Shown here: positions 20,034 to 29,337 of the stretch, one piece after another
Position numbering within the stretch: position 1 is the stretch's first letter
How the letters are laid out: every line of letters starts with the position of its first letter
NCBI GenBank assembly: GCA_963663275.1
Contig: OY760183.1
Location: 1,216,001 to 1,280,000 of the forward strand
DNA length: 64,000 nt
Source of the DNA: Chloroflexota bacterium
GTDB taxonomy: Bacteria > Chloroflexota > UBA11872 > VXOZ01
Direction: 5' to 3'
The notes under the pieces: model-generated
What the model saw: only the letters and a program-made list of their open reading frames with translations
Told to the model about the DNA's origin: nothing
Database searches by the model: none
Position numbers and translations under genes: made by a program

Positions 20034-20360
20034 ATGTCGATGAAGATGCTGCGCCAGATGCAGCAAAAGATGACGAAGATTCAGGAAGAGTTGGGGCGCG
20101 AGACGGTGGAGAGCACGGCCGGCGGCGGCGCGGTGAAGGTCGTGATGACCGGCCATCAGCAGGTGCGGTCCGTTCAAATCCTGCCGGACGTGCTGGAGGC
20201 CGCGGTCACGCCGGAAGGCGAGGTCGACGAGGATGGGCTGGAAATGCTGCAAGACCTGCTCACGGCCGCCGTCAACGACGCGGTGGAGAAGTCGCAGGAA
20301 CTTGCCAGCCGCCGCCTTTCCGCGGTCACCGGCGGCATGAACATCCCCGGCATGTTCTAG
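20034..20360 (+). CDS. ybaB: YbaB/EbfC nucleoid-associated protein
   Basis: QMQQKM, AGGGAVKV, EMLQDLLTAAVNDA, TGGMNIPG; upstream of recR. Confidence 0.95.
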   Translation: MSMKMLRQMQQKMTKIQEELGRETVESTAGGGAVKVVMTGHQQVRSVQILPDVLEAAVTPEGEVDEDGLEMLQDLLTAAVNDAVEKSQELASRRLSAVTGGMNIPGMF

Positions 20361-20428
20361 CCGGCATGTTCTCGTAGGAGAGCTTGGCAAGTCTCAAGCC
20401 GGCGCGCAAAAGACTCCCTCTCCCTGGG

Positions 20429-20575
20429 CTGACAGGGGTAGGAAAGTGTCATTCCGAGCGGAGCGAGGAATCTAGAAGTGATGAGCTTACAGGGCAATGC
20501 CTTAGATTCCTCTCTCCGCTGCGCTCCGCTCGGAATGACACGTGAAGTCGGATGTAGAATGCCTATCCCTGTCAG
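20429..20575 (+). mobile_element. MITE family A, copy 2, with perfect 11-bp TSD CTCTCCCTGGG
   Basis: TIR CTGACAGGGGTAGG...CCTATCCCTGTCAG; TSD at 20418-20428 and 20576-20586, inside a CCCTCTCCC/GGGAGAGGG hairpin repeat. Confidence 0.92.
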
Positions 20576-20643
20576 CTCTCCCTGGGGGAGAGGGCCGGGG
20601 TGAGGGGGGAGAGTTCACGGTTCCAACTCCATCCCACCTGTTA

Positions 20644-20840
20644 GATCCTGTTTACGATACTGCTTAGGGGAGAGTTTTCAAAGCCGATAAAGACCGTTCG
20701 TGCTGAGCACTTCGGCAAGCTCAGTACAGGCCTGTCGAAGCATGAACGCCTATCCGCCACCTTGCGGCTGTTCCGTTCACCCTTCGACGCGGCTCAGGGC
20801 GAACGTTCCTCCTGCGGACAAGACGATCGTAAATCGGTTC
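20644..20840 (+). mobile_element. MITE family B (IS5-like ends), degenerate copy
   Basis: GATCCTGTTTACGAT...GATCGTAAATCGGTTC flanked by TTA on both sides; near-identical to 62758-62953. Confidence 0.85.
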
Positions 20841-20895
20841 TTAGGCAGAGCGACTCGAAGGCCAAAAGTAGGGAGAAAGCGAAGCGGTGGCACGG

Positions 20896-21495
20896 ATGAG
20901 CCTGCCGGCGCCCGTAGCGCGGCTCATCGAGGAGTTGACCCGGCTGCCCGGCATCGGTCCGCGCTCGGCGCAACGGCTGGCGTTCTATCTGCTGCGTTCG
21001 TCGCCGGACCTGGCCCGCAACCTGGCGGCGGCTCTGGAAAACCTGCGCGCCCAGACGGTCTGGTGCTCCCGCTGCTTCAACCTCAGCGAGCGCGATCCCT
21101 GCCCCATTTGCCAGGATCCGGAGCGGGACCAGACCCGCGTCTGCGTGGTGGAAGAGCCGCTGGATCTGCTGGCGATCGAGCGCACCGGCCTCTACGCGGG
21201 CCTCTACCACGTGCTCCACGGCTCGCTCTCGCCGCTGGAAGGCCGCAATGTGGAGGACGTGAAGATTGCCGAACTGGTGGCGCGGCTGCGGGCGCAGCCG
21301 GTGGAAGAACTGATTCTGGCCATGGACGCCGACCACGAGGGCGACACCACGGCTAGCTACGTGGCCCAGGTGGCGGCGTCTTTCGCGCGGCGCATCACGC
21401 GCCTGGCGCGGGGCCTGCCCACCGGCGCGGACCTGGAGTACGCCGACGAGAGCACCATCGCGAGCGCCTTGCAAGGGCGTCAGGACAGCGCCTAG
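20896..21495 (+). CDS. recR: Recombination mediator RecR
   Basis: LPGIGPRSAQR HhH, C4 zinc finger, CVVEEP Toprim, YHVLHG, LEYADE. Confidence 0.97.
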   Translation: MSLPAPVARLIEELTRLPGIGPRSAQRLAFYLLRSSPDLARNLAAALENLRAQTVWCSRCFNLSERDPCPICQDPERDQTRVCVVEEPLDLLAIERTGLYAGLYHVLHGSLSPLEGRNVEDVKIAELVARLRAQPVEELILAMDADHEGDTTASYVAQVAASFARRITRLARGLPTGADLEYADESTIASALQGRQDSA

Positions 21496-21498
21496 GCT

Positions 21499-22287
21499 AT
21501 GCCCCGCCGCGATCCGCGCCGCGTCTGGGAACTGGCGCGCCGCTACCGGACGCTCGCCGCCCGTTTCCCGCAATTCGCCGTGGCCGAGATCGGCGCGGTG
21601 GAACGCTTCGGCCTGCGGTTCCCGCTGCTGGCGGTAGAGGCGGGAGAGGGGCCGCGCGGCGCCATCATCCTGGCCGGCACCCACGGCGACGAGATCGCCG
21701 GGCCGCTGGCGCTGCTCGCGTTCTGGGAAGACGCGGCGAACCACGCCCTGCTGGAAGGCATCCGCTTCCTCTGCCTGCCGCTCATCAATCCGGTTGGCTT
21801 CGCGCGGGGCATACGCGGCAACGGCGCGGTGGACCTCAACCGCCACTTTGGGCGGCCTACGGCCCAACCGGAAAACGAAATCGCGCTGGACTTCCTGCGC
21901 GAACGCCGGGCGGACCTGCTGGTCTCGCTGCACGAGGACGTGACGTCCGGCTGCTTCTACATGTACGAGAGCGGCGTGCGGGAGCGCGGCGTGTTTGCGC
22001 GGATCGTGGCCGACGACGCGGCGCTGCTCGACGCGCTGGAGGCGCAAGGCCATCCGGTTTGCAAGGGCGATGAGGTGGACGGCAACTACAACCGCAGCGG
22101 CCTGGTGGTGTCCAATCCCGGCTCGGTGCGCGCCAGCCGCTCCGGCGCTCTGGAAGCGGTGCTCATGCGCCTTGGGGCGATCCGGCGCGTGGTGGGCTTC
22201 GAAACCCCCGGCACGCTGCCCCTCCGCGACCGCATCCACCAACAACAGACCGCGCTCCGCCACGTGCTCGGCTCGTTCCTGGTGTAG
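21499..22287 (+). CDS. M14-family metallocarboxypeptidase / succinylglutamate desuccinylase-like
   Basis: AGTHGDE, NPVG, DLNRHF, SLHED, FETP motifs. Confidence 0.85.
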   Translation: MPRRDPRRVWELARRYRTLAARFPQFAVAEIGAVERFGLRFPLLAVEAGEGPRGAIILAGTHGDEIAGPLALLAFWEDAANHALLEGIRFLCLPLINPVGFARGIRGNGAVDLNRHFGRPTAQPENEIALDFLRERRADLLVSLHEDVTSGCFYMYESGVRERGVFARIVADDAALLDALEAQGHPVCKGDEVDGNYNRSGLVVSNPGSVRASRSGALEAVLMRLGAIRRVVGFETPGTLPLRDRIHQQQTALRHVLGSFLV

Positions 22288-22320
22288 CGGCGCCGATTGT
22301 CCGTAATGCGGCCGCCATAC

Positions 22321-22571
22321 CGTAGCGCGGGGGCTTGTCCCCCGCTGGCACAAGCACAAACGTAGCGCGGGGGCTTGTCCCCCGCCGGAGACGTGGGGGT
22401 ATCAGAAGCGGGGCGATTCTGATAGGCGCGTAGGGCGGTTCGCGAACCGCCCCTACACCATGCAAGGCGTAGCGGTAGCGCGGGGGCTTGTCCCCCGCCG
22501 GGGCAGGAGAGACGATACCGCAAAGGACGGGCTCTACGGGGACGGCGGCGCAGGTTACAAACCTGCGCTAC
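22321..22571. repeat. Cluster of GTAG REPs: three GTAGCGCGGGGGCTTGTCCCCCGC, one GTAGGGCGGTTCGCGAACCGCCCCTAC, one inverted GTAGCGCAGGTTTGTAACCTGCGC
   Basis: Read directly; BIME-like mosaic. Confidence 0.88.
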
Positions 22572-22657
22572 CGGAGGTGTGGCTGCGTGGGGGGCATCCG
22601 CCGCGGATGGATGCCGGCGCGCGGCGGCACGTTGGGTTGATTGCGGGAAACGACTAC

Positions 22658-22732
22658 TGGAGGCGACGAGCGGAATCGAACCGCTGTATAAGGGTTTTGC
22701 AGACCCTCGCCTTACCACTTGGCTACGTCGCC
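22658..22732 (-). tRNA. tRNA-Cys (GCA)
   Basis: Reverse complement GGCGACGTAGCCAAGTGGTAAGGCGAGGGTCTGCAAAACCCTTATACAGCGGTTCGATTCCGCTCGTCGCCTCCA: cloverleaf, GCA anticodon, encoded CCA. Confidence 0.97.
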
Positions 22733-22777
22733 GATCCGGCTGCGAAAGGGGAGCGCGCGCTACTCTCTCGCCTATTG

Positions 22778-22806
22778 AGTATAGCCTTGCGGCTACAGCG
22801 TGTCAA
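22778..22806 (-). promoter_or_regulatory. Sigma-70 promoter of tRNA-Cys
   Basis: Minus strand TTGACA-17 bp-TATACT, about 45 bp upstream of the tRNA. Confidence 0.8.
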
Positions 22807-22851
22807 AAGCGAATCGTGCTATTCTGCTTCTTGGGGGAAGAATCGCGCATC

Positions 22852-23607
22852 GTGCAAGACTGGTACCAACGACTCCAATTCGACCGTCTCATCGTGCTGA
22901 GCGTGCTCGCCACCACCGGCGTGCTTCTCACGCTCCGCGCGGAAGCGGCGCTGCTGCTCGTGGCCGTGCCGGTGCTGCTTGGCGTGGTCGCGGTGGCCTT
23001 GCGCCAGGTGATCGTGTCGCGGGGCGATGACGCCACCTGGATGCTGACGCCGCTGCTGCTCACGTTGGCAAACGCCCTCTTCTGGCGGATCATTCCCGAC
23101 GAGCGCGCCTCCCTCATCGGCAGCGCGCTCTTTGGCGTGCTCTTCCTGGTTGCGCTCGTGGATTACCACCGCAGCCGCGCGCAGCGCAAGACGGGGGCGG
23201 CCGCGTGGCCCAACCAGGCGGTCGTCTACGTCACGTTCTTCATGTTCTGCGCCACGCTCAGCGCCTGGAATATCAATCTGGTCGTGTATGCCGCGCTTGT
23301 GGGCGTGTGCGCCTATGGGGCGAGTTTCGCCATGCTCCTGCGCCGCGATATGCCGCGCGCGGCGGCGTGGCGCTATAGCCTGCTGGTCGCGGTCGTGGTC
23401 GGCGAGGTCTCATGGGCGCTCAACTACTGGCCGCTGCCGACGCTGCACGAGGCGCTCACGCTGCTGCTGCACGCCCACGTCGCGCTGGGCGTCATGCAGG
23501 CGCACTATGCCAGGAAATTCGGCTTCTCATTGGCGCTGGAATACGGAGCGGTCTGCGCTATCGCGGTGGCGCTTATAGTCTGGACAACGCTGCGGCCGCT
23601 GGGGTGA
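22852..23607 (+). CDS. Multi-pass membrane protein (DUF5656-like)
   Basis: About 8 hydrophobic segments; GEVSWALNYWP and ALEYG resemble the Chloroflexi/CPR DUF5656 family; start uncertain. Confidence 0.6.
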   Translation: MQDWYQRLQFDRLIVLSVLATTGVLLTLRAEAALLLVAVPVLLGVVAVALRQVIVSRGDDATWMLTPLLLTLANALFWRIIPDERASLIGSALFGVLFLVALVDYHRSRAQRKTGAAAWPNQAVVYVTFFMFCATLSAWNINLVVYAALVGVCAYGASFAMLLRRDMPRAAAWRYSLLVAVVVGEVSWALNYWPLPTLHEALTLLLHAHVALGVMQAHYARKFGFSLALEYGAVCAIAVALIVWTTLRPLG

Positions 23608-24616
23608 GGCGCGGGACGATGGCGCCGACCGCTGCGCCGGCGGTGTTGCGCACGTCCGGCGGGTGCAGTTCTTGCAGCCGGTCGCGCTGCTCGGCGCTGA
23701 TAACGCCTATCGCCGCCAGCAGTTGCGGCGCCAGCGCCGGGTGGGCGCGGGCGTCGCCGTCCTCTATCTTGACCGCGATGCCCCAGCCCTGCGCCAGCGC
23801 GCCGGCGCAGAAGAGCGCCTCCGCGCCGCTCTTGGAGACCACGTTCTCACCCGCTACCCGCATCAGGTCCGTGGTAAAGCCGTTCGTGCCGGAGACCATC
23901 TCCGGATGCTCGCGCATCGCCCGCGAGATGCGCCGCAGCGCGGCCGCGCGCTCAGCCGAGACGCCTGCCGGCTGGCCGCCTGAGTCGGGCTGCGCCAGAA
24001 CGGCGAACGCCCGTGCGATCCGCCGCAGCGGCAGGGCGAACACCGGCGCGTTGCAGCCGTCCACGGCCACGTAGACGTCTGCCGGCGCCATGCCCGCCGT
24101 CTCCGCCACTACCTGTCGCAAACGAACCTGCACGGGATGATCCGGCGCGGTGTAGCCTTGCGCGTCCCAGCCGGCGTGTTGGCAGAGGGCCAACATGCTG
24201 GCGTGCTTGCCGGAACAATTATTGTGGATCTTGCGCGGCGGCTCGCCGGCGCGGACCAGCGCCGCCGCGCTGGGCGCGTGGTTAGGCGCGTGCGTGCCGC
24301 AGGCCAGCGCCCCTTCATCCAGGCCGATCTTCTTTAGAATGCTCTGTACCGCGGCCACGTGGAACGGCTCGCCGTAGTGCGAGGCGCAGGCCACCGCAAC
24401 CTCGCGGTCGGTCAGGCCAAAGCGTTCCGCCGCGCCGCTCTCCACCATGGCCAGCGCCTGCAGCGGCTTGGCCGACGAGCGCAGGAACGTCACGCGCTCC
24501 GCGTCCCCGGCGGCGTACAAAAGGTTGCCGGCGGCGTCCGCTACCGCCGCGTGCGCCCGGTGCACGCTCTCCACCAACGCGCCGCGCGTGACCTCGATCT
24601 GCAACGGTTCGGACAT
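23573..24616 (-). CDS. L-asparaginase II (Rhizobium etli type)
   Basis: RSSAKPLQA, CASH.GE, NNCSGKH, DGC, KSGAE, KIEDG motifs. Confidence 0.92.
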   Translation of the reverse strand: MSEPLQIEVTRGALVESVHRAHAAVADAAGNLLYAAGDAERVTFLRSSAKPLQALAMVESGAAERFGLTDREVAVACASHYGEPFHVAAVQSILKKIGLDEGALACGTHAPNHAPSAAALVRAGEPPRKIHNNCSGKHASMLALCQHAGWDAQGYTAPDHPVQVRLRQVVAETAGMAPADVYVAVDGCNAPVFALPLRRIARAFAVLAQPDSGGQPAGVSAERAAALRRISRAMREHPEMVSGTNGFTTDLMRVAGENVVSKSGAEALFCAGALAQGWGIAVKIEDGDARAHPALAPQLLAAIGVISAEQRDRLQELHPPDVRNTAGAAVGAIVPRLTPAAAALSRL

Positions 24617-24747
24617 AACTCTCTCCCTTCTCCTTTTCAGCACGTGCCAGCGTACCATAGAATAGCGGTAGCGCGGGCGTGTTGCCCGCCGGGTGTGTTG
24701 GGGCGCGGCGGCTGTGCGCGGCAGAAACGCGAAGGAGGCGGAAGAAC

Positions 24748-25938
24748 ATGGAACGGCTGAACATCGCCCTGGTGGGCGCGGGACGGCGGGGCGCCGGCGC
24801 GCACGCGCCGGTAATCAATGCGCTGGACGACGTGTTCAACTTCGTTGCCGTCTGCGACGCCACCCCGGAACGGGCGCAGGCGGTGGCGGCCCAGTACGGC
24901 TGCAGAGCGTACACGTCCGTGCGCGACCTGGTAGATCACGAATCGCTCGACATTGCCGACGTGGTGGTGCCCAGCGACTCCCACCACGCGCTGAGTTGCT
25001 TCTTCTCCGGCCACGGCGTGCACCAGATTGTGGAGACGCCGATCGCGGTAACGCTGCCGCTGGCCGATCTCATGATCGAGACCGCCCGGCGGAACGGCGT
25101 GAAACTGGAGGTGGCGGAGAACTACTACCGCCAGCCGCTGATGCGCTTGCGGCAGGCGGTCATCGACTCCGGCGTCATCGGCCAGGTCAGCCGCATCTAC
25201 CGCATCTTCGAGGAAGGCGGCTTCCACGGCATGAGCATCCTGCGCCTCTGGGCGGGGGCCGACCCCACCGGGATCATGGGCGTCTCCCACACCAGCCCGG
25301 TGGCGCCGATCGTCGATCGGATGCTGCGCCGCCACGAGAGCGAACGGCTTTCCATCGGCGTAATCGAGTTCGCCAACGGGGTGGCGGCGCTGTCGGCCTA
25401 CTCCAACGTCATCCACGCCCGCTCGCTGGGCCGCGGCGCGTTCCGCTGCTCGCAGATCGACGGCACCCACGGCGCGATTGTGGGCGACGACGTGCACGCC
25501 GTGCCCGCGGACCAACTGCTCACCGGCGCGCAAAGCACGCCGGCCTCGCCCCAGCGCGTGACCAGCGAACGAAACGGGGTTGAGGTCCTGGAACGCCTGG
25601 AGGTGGCGCTGCCCGACCGGCGCGTCACCTGGGAAAACCCACTCCGCCGCTATCCGCTGGCCGAGGGGCAGGTGCAGGTTGCCGACGAACTGCTGAGCAT
25701 CGCCGCGGCGGTGCGCGACGACGCCGAACCGGCCTACGGCGCGGCCGCCGCGCGCCTGGACCAGGAGATGAACATCGCTATGATGGAATCCGGCGACAGC
25801 GACCGGACGACGATTCCCTTGCCCTTGCAACAGCCCACGGCGTACGAGGAGCGGCACCACGAGAGCTTCCTGGAGAAGTACGACTGCGCGCCGACGGACG
25901 TGGAAAAGCTGGTGGATACGTTCTATCCGCGCAATTGA
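24748..25938 (+). CDS. Gfo/Idh/MocA family oxidoreductase
   Basis: ALVGAGRRG, VETP (EKP variant), AENY; GGAGG RBS. Confidence 0.85.
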   Translation: MERLNIALVGAGRRGAGAHAPVINALDDVFNFVAVCDATPERAQAVAAQYGCRAYTSVRDLVDHESLDIADVVVPSDSHHALSCFFSGHGVHQIVETPIAVTLPLADLMIETARRNGVKLEVAENYYRQPLMRLRQAVIDSGVIGQVSRIYRIFEEGGFHGMSILRLWAGADPTGIMGVSHTSPVAPIVDRMLRRHESERLSIGVIEFANGVAALSAYSNVIHARSLGRGAFRCSQIDGTHGAIVGDDVHAVPADQLLTGAQSTPASPQRVTSERNGVEVLERLEVALPDRRVTWENPLRRYPLAEGQVQVADELLSIAAAVRDDAEPAYGAAAARLDQEMNIAMMESGDSDRTTIPLPLQQPTAYEERHHESFLEKYDCAPTDVEKLVDTFYPRN

Positions 25939-25981
25939 GCGCCCGGATTCAATTGAGGGTCATGCGGACGTGCGCTACCAT

Positions 25982-26131
25982 CCGTTCATGCTTCGACAGG
26001 CTCAGCACGAACGGTTGCGCAGGCTCAGCACGAACGGTTGGACAGGCTTAGCACGAACGGAGAGTGATAGGGACAGAAGGGCGCACTCGCGCCGGAGCCG
26101 TTCGCCCTGAGCCAAGTCGAAGGGTGAACGG
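25982..26131. repeat. CTTCGACAGGCTCAG-type REP pair with two extra 23-bp tandem copies of the first hairpin's right end
   Basis: CCGTTCATGCTTCGACAGGCTCAGCACGAACGG, then (AGGCTCAGCACGAACGG)x2, then CCGTTCGCCCTGAGCCAAGTCGAAGGGTGAACGG. Confidence 0.85.
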
Positions 26132-26308
26132 CTCCGGCACAGTAATGATGCTACTGAATTGAGGCTTGTTCCTCACCTCCCGGCGCAAAGAACAAACACC
26201 GTTTTCGCAGAGGCGCATTGGTCGCGTCGCCGCGAACCGATTGAGAAGCCAAAGTCAAAGACAACCCCGACCGCAGTGGAGAACGGCAGAAACGGAAAGG
26301 AAACCGCA

Positions 26309-26644
26309 ATGAAACAGCCGGTAGTCATTTCATGGGACGAGGCGCGCAAGCGCGTTCACGAGCGCGGCTTCTCGCTGCCCTTCGTGGGGGAGGGCAGCGG
26401 AGCGGAAGTCCTGCAACTGCACCTCTCCTCGATCAACCCGGGCGAGGCGGCGCACCCGCCGCACGAGCACGGCGGCGAGGAGATCATGTTCCTCATTTCG
26501 GGACGCGGCATGGCGACGCTTGGGGATGAGGAGCAGCCGATGACGGCCATGGCCGCGCTCTTCGCGCCCGCGGGCACGCGCCACGGCCTGCGCAACAACG
26601 GCGACGAGCCGATTAAGTACCTGGTCATCCGCACCGCTGAGTAG
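26309..26644 (+). CDS. Cupin domain protein
   Basis: PPHEH..EE..F..SG.G and P.GTRHGLRN cupin motifs. Confidence 0.9.
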   Translation: MKQPVVISWDEARKRVHERGFSLPFVGEGSGAEVLQLHLSSINPGEAAHPPHEHGGEEIMFLISGRGMATLGDEEQPMTAMAALFAPAGTRHGLRNNGDEPIKYLVIRTAE

Positions 26645-26739
26645 CCCGGCGCGGAACCCGCTCCGCGGGACGTTCGCGCTTGCCTAAGCTGGGAGGTAGC
26701 CGCCGCTGTCGATTGCCGATTGCGCGGCGGACGTCGTCT

Positions 26740-27543
26740 CTACGGCCACGTGCCGGCCAGGGCGCGTTTCAGCGTATCGCCTCTCATGCCGCAACGCAGC
26801 GCCTCCAGGGCCAGGATGTCCTCCGGCGGGATGTTGCCCAGGTTGACGTTGGGGCCAAACTCGAGGATAAGCCACTGCTGCTGGTTCTTGATCGGCGCTT
26901 CCCAGATGAGGTCGTCCACGTTGTTCACGCCGCCCAGGATTTCCTGCACCATCTCGGTCTGCACGTCGCCGCCGCTATCGAAGATGCCGACGCCGTGGCC
27001 GGATTCACGCGCCTCCACGATGACCTTGTGCGCGCCCTGGGCGAGGTCGCTGGCAATCTGCTCGTGCATGGTGGTGGTGGCGATGGCGTCTTTGGGGTCT
27101 TTCTTCCCCACCTCGGTGAGCACCTTGAAGCCGGCGTCCAGGGCGCGGGCGATGATGTCATTGCGCGTGGCGGCGTCCATCTCGATGGTGCCGTCGGAGA
27201 CCTCGATGGTGTTGAAACCAAGCTCTTTAGCGCGGGCGACGTAGGCGGCCACCTTGCCCTGGGCCTCCGCCGCCTCCAGGAACGTGCCGCCGGGGTAGAT
27301 GTCCACGGCGGCCGCCTGCACCAGCGCGATCTTCTCCCGCAACACGTCCTCCTCGTAGAACGCCGAGGTGCCGAACGTGAGCTTGAGCGAATCGATGACG
27401 TGCGCCGCCATTCGCATCAGATCGGCGGTGGCGTTGAGGCCAAGCCCCTTGTCCAACACCATGGTGTAGCCGGTAGCGCGCGGTTTAGCAGTAACGCGCG
27501 TGCTAACCGGCGGGTCGACAATTCCTTCCCAGGCCTGCGGCAT
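26740..27543 (-). CDS. comA: Phosphosulfolactate synthase (ComA family)
   Basis: MVLDKGLG, KLTFGT, YPGGTFLE, EVGKK, EARESG, WEAP, GPNVNLGNI, LEALRCG.RGDT. Confidence 0.92.
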   Translation of the reverse strand: MPQAWEGIVDPPVSTRVTAKPRATGYTMVLDKGLGLNATADLMRMAAHVIDSLKLTFGTSAFYEEDVLREKIALVQAAAVDIYPGGTFLEAAEAQGKVAAYVARAKELGFNTIEVSDGTIEMDAATRNDIIARALDAGFKVLTEVGKKDPKDAIATTTMHEQIASDLAQGAHKVIVEARESGHGVGIFDSGGDVQTEMVQEILGGVNNVDDLIWEAPIKNQQQWLILEFGPNVNLGNIPPEDILALEALRCGMRGDTLKRALAGTWP

Positions 27544-27654
27544 GTGCTGAATCCTCCTCGCAATGCAAAGCTACACACGTATCAGCTCTTGTCGTTCACT
27601 TTCCCCGGAGAGGGCGGTACATTCACTCGACGGCGTCCGGTTCCCTCTCCTGGG

Positions 27655-27800
27655 CTGACAGGGGTAGAGAACCGTCATTCCGAGCGGAGCGAGGAATCCA
27701 GAACCGACGCTTTTACAGCGAACGCCTTAGATTCCTCTCTCCGCCGCGCTCCGCTCGGAATGACACGAGAAGCCGGATGTTGAACGCCTACCCCTGTCAG
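27655..27800 (+). mobile_element. MITE family A, copy 3
   Basis: TIRs intact; flanks CCTCTCCTGGG / CTTCTCCTGAG match at 9/11, inside a CCCTCTCC/GGGAGAGGG repeat. Confidence 0.88.
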
Positions 27801-28263
27801 CTTCTCCTGAGGGAGAGGGTTAGGGTGGGGGGCGCTCCGGCAGCGCAGGTTTGTAACCTGCGCCCCTCTACGGTGAATCCTATGCGTACTCGTATCCCAT
27901 GCGTGATCTTGTCTCTTGGTCCGGCGGGGGACAAGCCCCCGCGCTACGTTGACTTCTCGATTTGGTTCCCTCTCCTGAGGGAGAGGGTTAGGGTGAGGGG
28001 GCGCTCCGGTAGCGCAGGTTTGAAACCTGCGTCCCTCTACGGTGAATTCTATGCGTACTTGTATCCCATGCGTGATCTTGTCTCTTGGTCCGGCGGGGGA
28101 CAAGCTCCCGCGCTACGTTGACTTCTCGATTTGGTTGCCTCTCCTGTGGGAGAGGGTTAGGGTGAGGGGGCATTCCGGTAGCGTAGGTTTGTAACCTGCG
28201 TCCGCTGCCGTCATACCGGCACACGTGGCGGACCGGCAGCGGGGGACAAGCCCCCGCGCTACG
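27801..28263. repeat. Tandem ~169-bp mosaic units, each built from three different REP families
   Basis: Units start at ~27639 (interrupted by MITE A), 27964 and 28133. Confidence 0.9.
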
Positions 28264-28287
28264 TTTGAAGAATGCCTGAGAAATCGC

Positions 28288-29337
28288 TCAGAGTCCTTCC
28301 ATGCAGTTGTGCGTACCGGCCAGAATGTCTTTGGCCCGCACGATCAGGCCGGTATGGTCGTGGGCCAGGCGATTCATAGCGTCCAGCCGCTTGGCCGCGA
28401 TGTCCGGCGCGTCGACGCCCGGCAGCGGGATGCGGTCGTACAGCAGCGCCGTGCCGCCGATTTTCTCGGAAGCGTTATCGAACAAGAGTTTGACCATCTT
28501 GGGGCCGGGCTTTACGTCTGAGACAACCGCCGTCTCGCGTCCCGATTCGATCTTGGGGAAGAGCAGCGAGAGTTGCGGATTGACCAGCTCGCCGGCTGCC
28601 GGCGCGACCGGCGCCAGGTCCACCGCCAGTTTGTGCGCCCACACGTTTGCCACGTCCGGCAAATCCAGGCCGAGCCGCGCCGCCGCGTCCGGAAAGTCGT
28701 AGACGAAACTGCCCTGGCGAATGTTGTCCACCAGCGAGCCCTTGTGGAACACCACGTCGCCGCCGCGAAACTCCAGGTGAGTCATCTCCGTGCTGAATAC
28801 CTGATAGCCGCGTCGCAGCCCCTCCAGCAGGAAGACCGTCTTGCCCGCGCCCGCGCCGCCAACCACCAGCATGAGTTCGTTGCGGTCGGGCAGGTACATG
28901 GCGGAGGCGTGGAAACTAAAGATGTCGTGGCGTCGTTCCAGCACCGCCAGCGCAAAGCGAAAGAACACCCCCAGATTGCCAAAGAGCGTGCAGCGCCGGT
29001 CCGAGCACGCCGCCTCCAACGCGCTGAAGTCCGCTACGGCAAAGACTTCGTCAGCGCCGATGCGCACGGCGGGCGGTTCCTTGGGCGCGTCCAGGATTAC
29101 CATGCGCCCGTCAAACGGCTCGGCATACGGTATCTCCGGCACTGCATGGACGTTCGTGACGAGCGACTGGATGACTGAGCGACTCTGGAAGAACTCCGGG
29201 TTGCTGATGAGGCCGCGGTTATTGGAAATCAACCCAAACCGCGCCCGCAGGACCCGCACCGCGCGCCGGGCAAGGCCGCCATGCTCCGGCTCAATTGCCA
29301 AAGAGGAACCCGTAGAAACAGCGTGCTCGTCGTTCAT
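28288..29337 (-). CDS. HPr-kinase-related P-loop protein
   Basis: FHASA...LVVGGAGAGKT..L...RRGY.VFSTE matches the HprK C-terminal-like signature. Confidence 0.65.
   Translation of the reverse strand: MNDEHAVSTGSSLAIEPEHGGLARRAVRVLRARFGLISNNRGLISNPEFFQSRSVIQSLVTNVHAVPEIPYAEPFDGRMVILDAPKEPPAVRIGADEVFAVADFSALEAACSDRRCTLFGNLGVFFRFALAVLERRHDIFSFHASAMYLPDRNELMLVVGGAGAGKTVFLLEGLRRGYQVFSTEMTHLEFRGGDVVFHKGSLVDNIRQGSFVYDFPDAAARLGLDLPDVANVWAHKLAVDLAPVAPAAGELVNPQLSLLFPKIESGRETAVVSDVKPGPKMVKLLFDNASEKIGGTALLYDRIPLPGVDAPDIAAKRLDAMNRLAHDHTGLIVRAKDILAGTHNCMEGL

Noticed and set aside
22658-22732. tRNA-Cys as integration site of an island or prophage
   Set aside because: No integrase and no duplicated tRNA 3' end found in the window.
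26740-27543. comA as evidence of methanogenesis or an archaeal contig
   Set aside because: All flanking core genes are bacterial, and ComA homologues occur in bacteria without coenzyme M pathways.
28288-29337. HprK-related kinase as a marker of a RiPP/lasso peptide cluster
   Set aside because: No precursor, PqqD/RRE, cyclase or radical SAM gene nearby.
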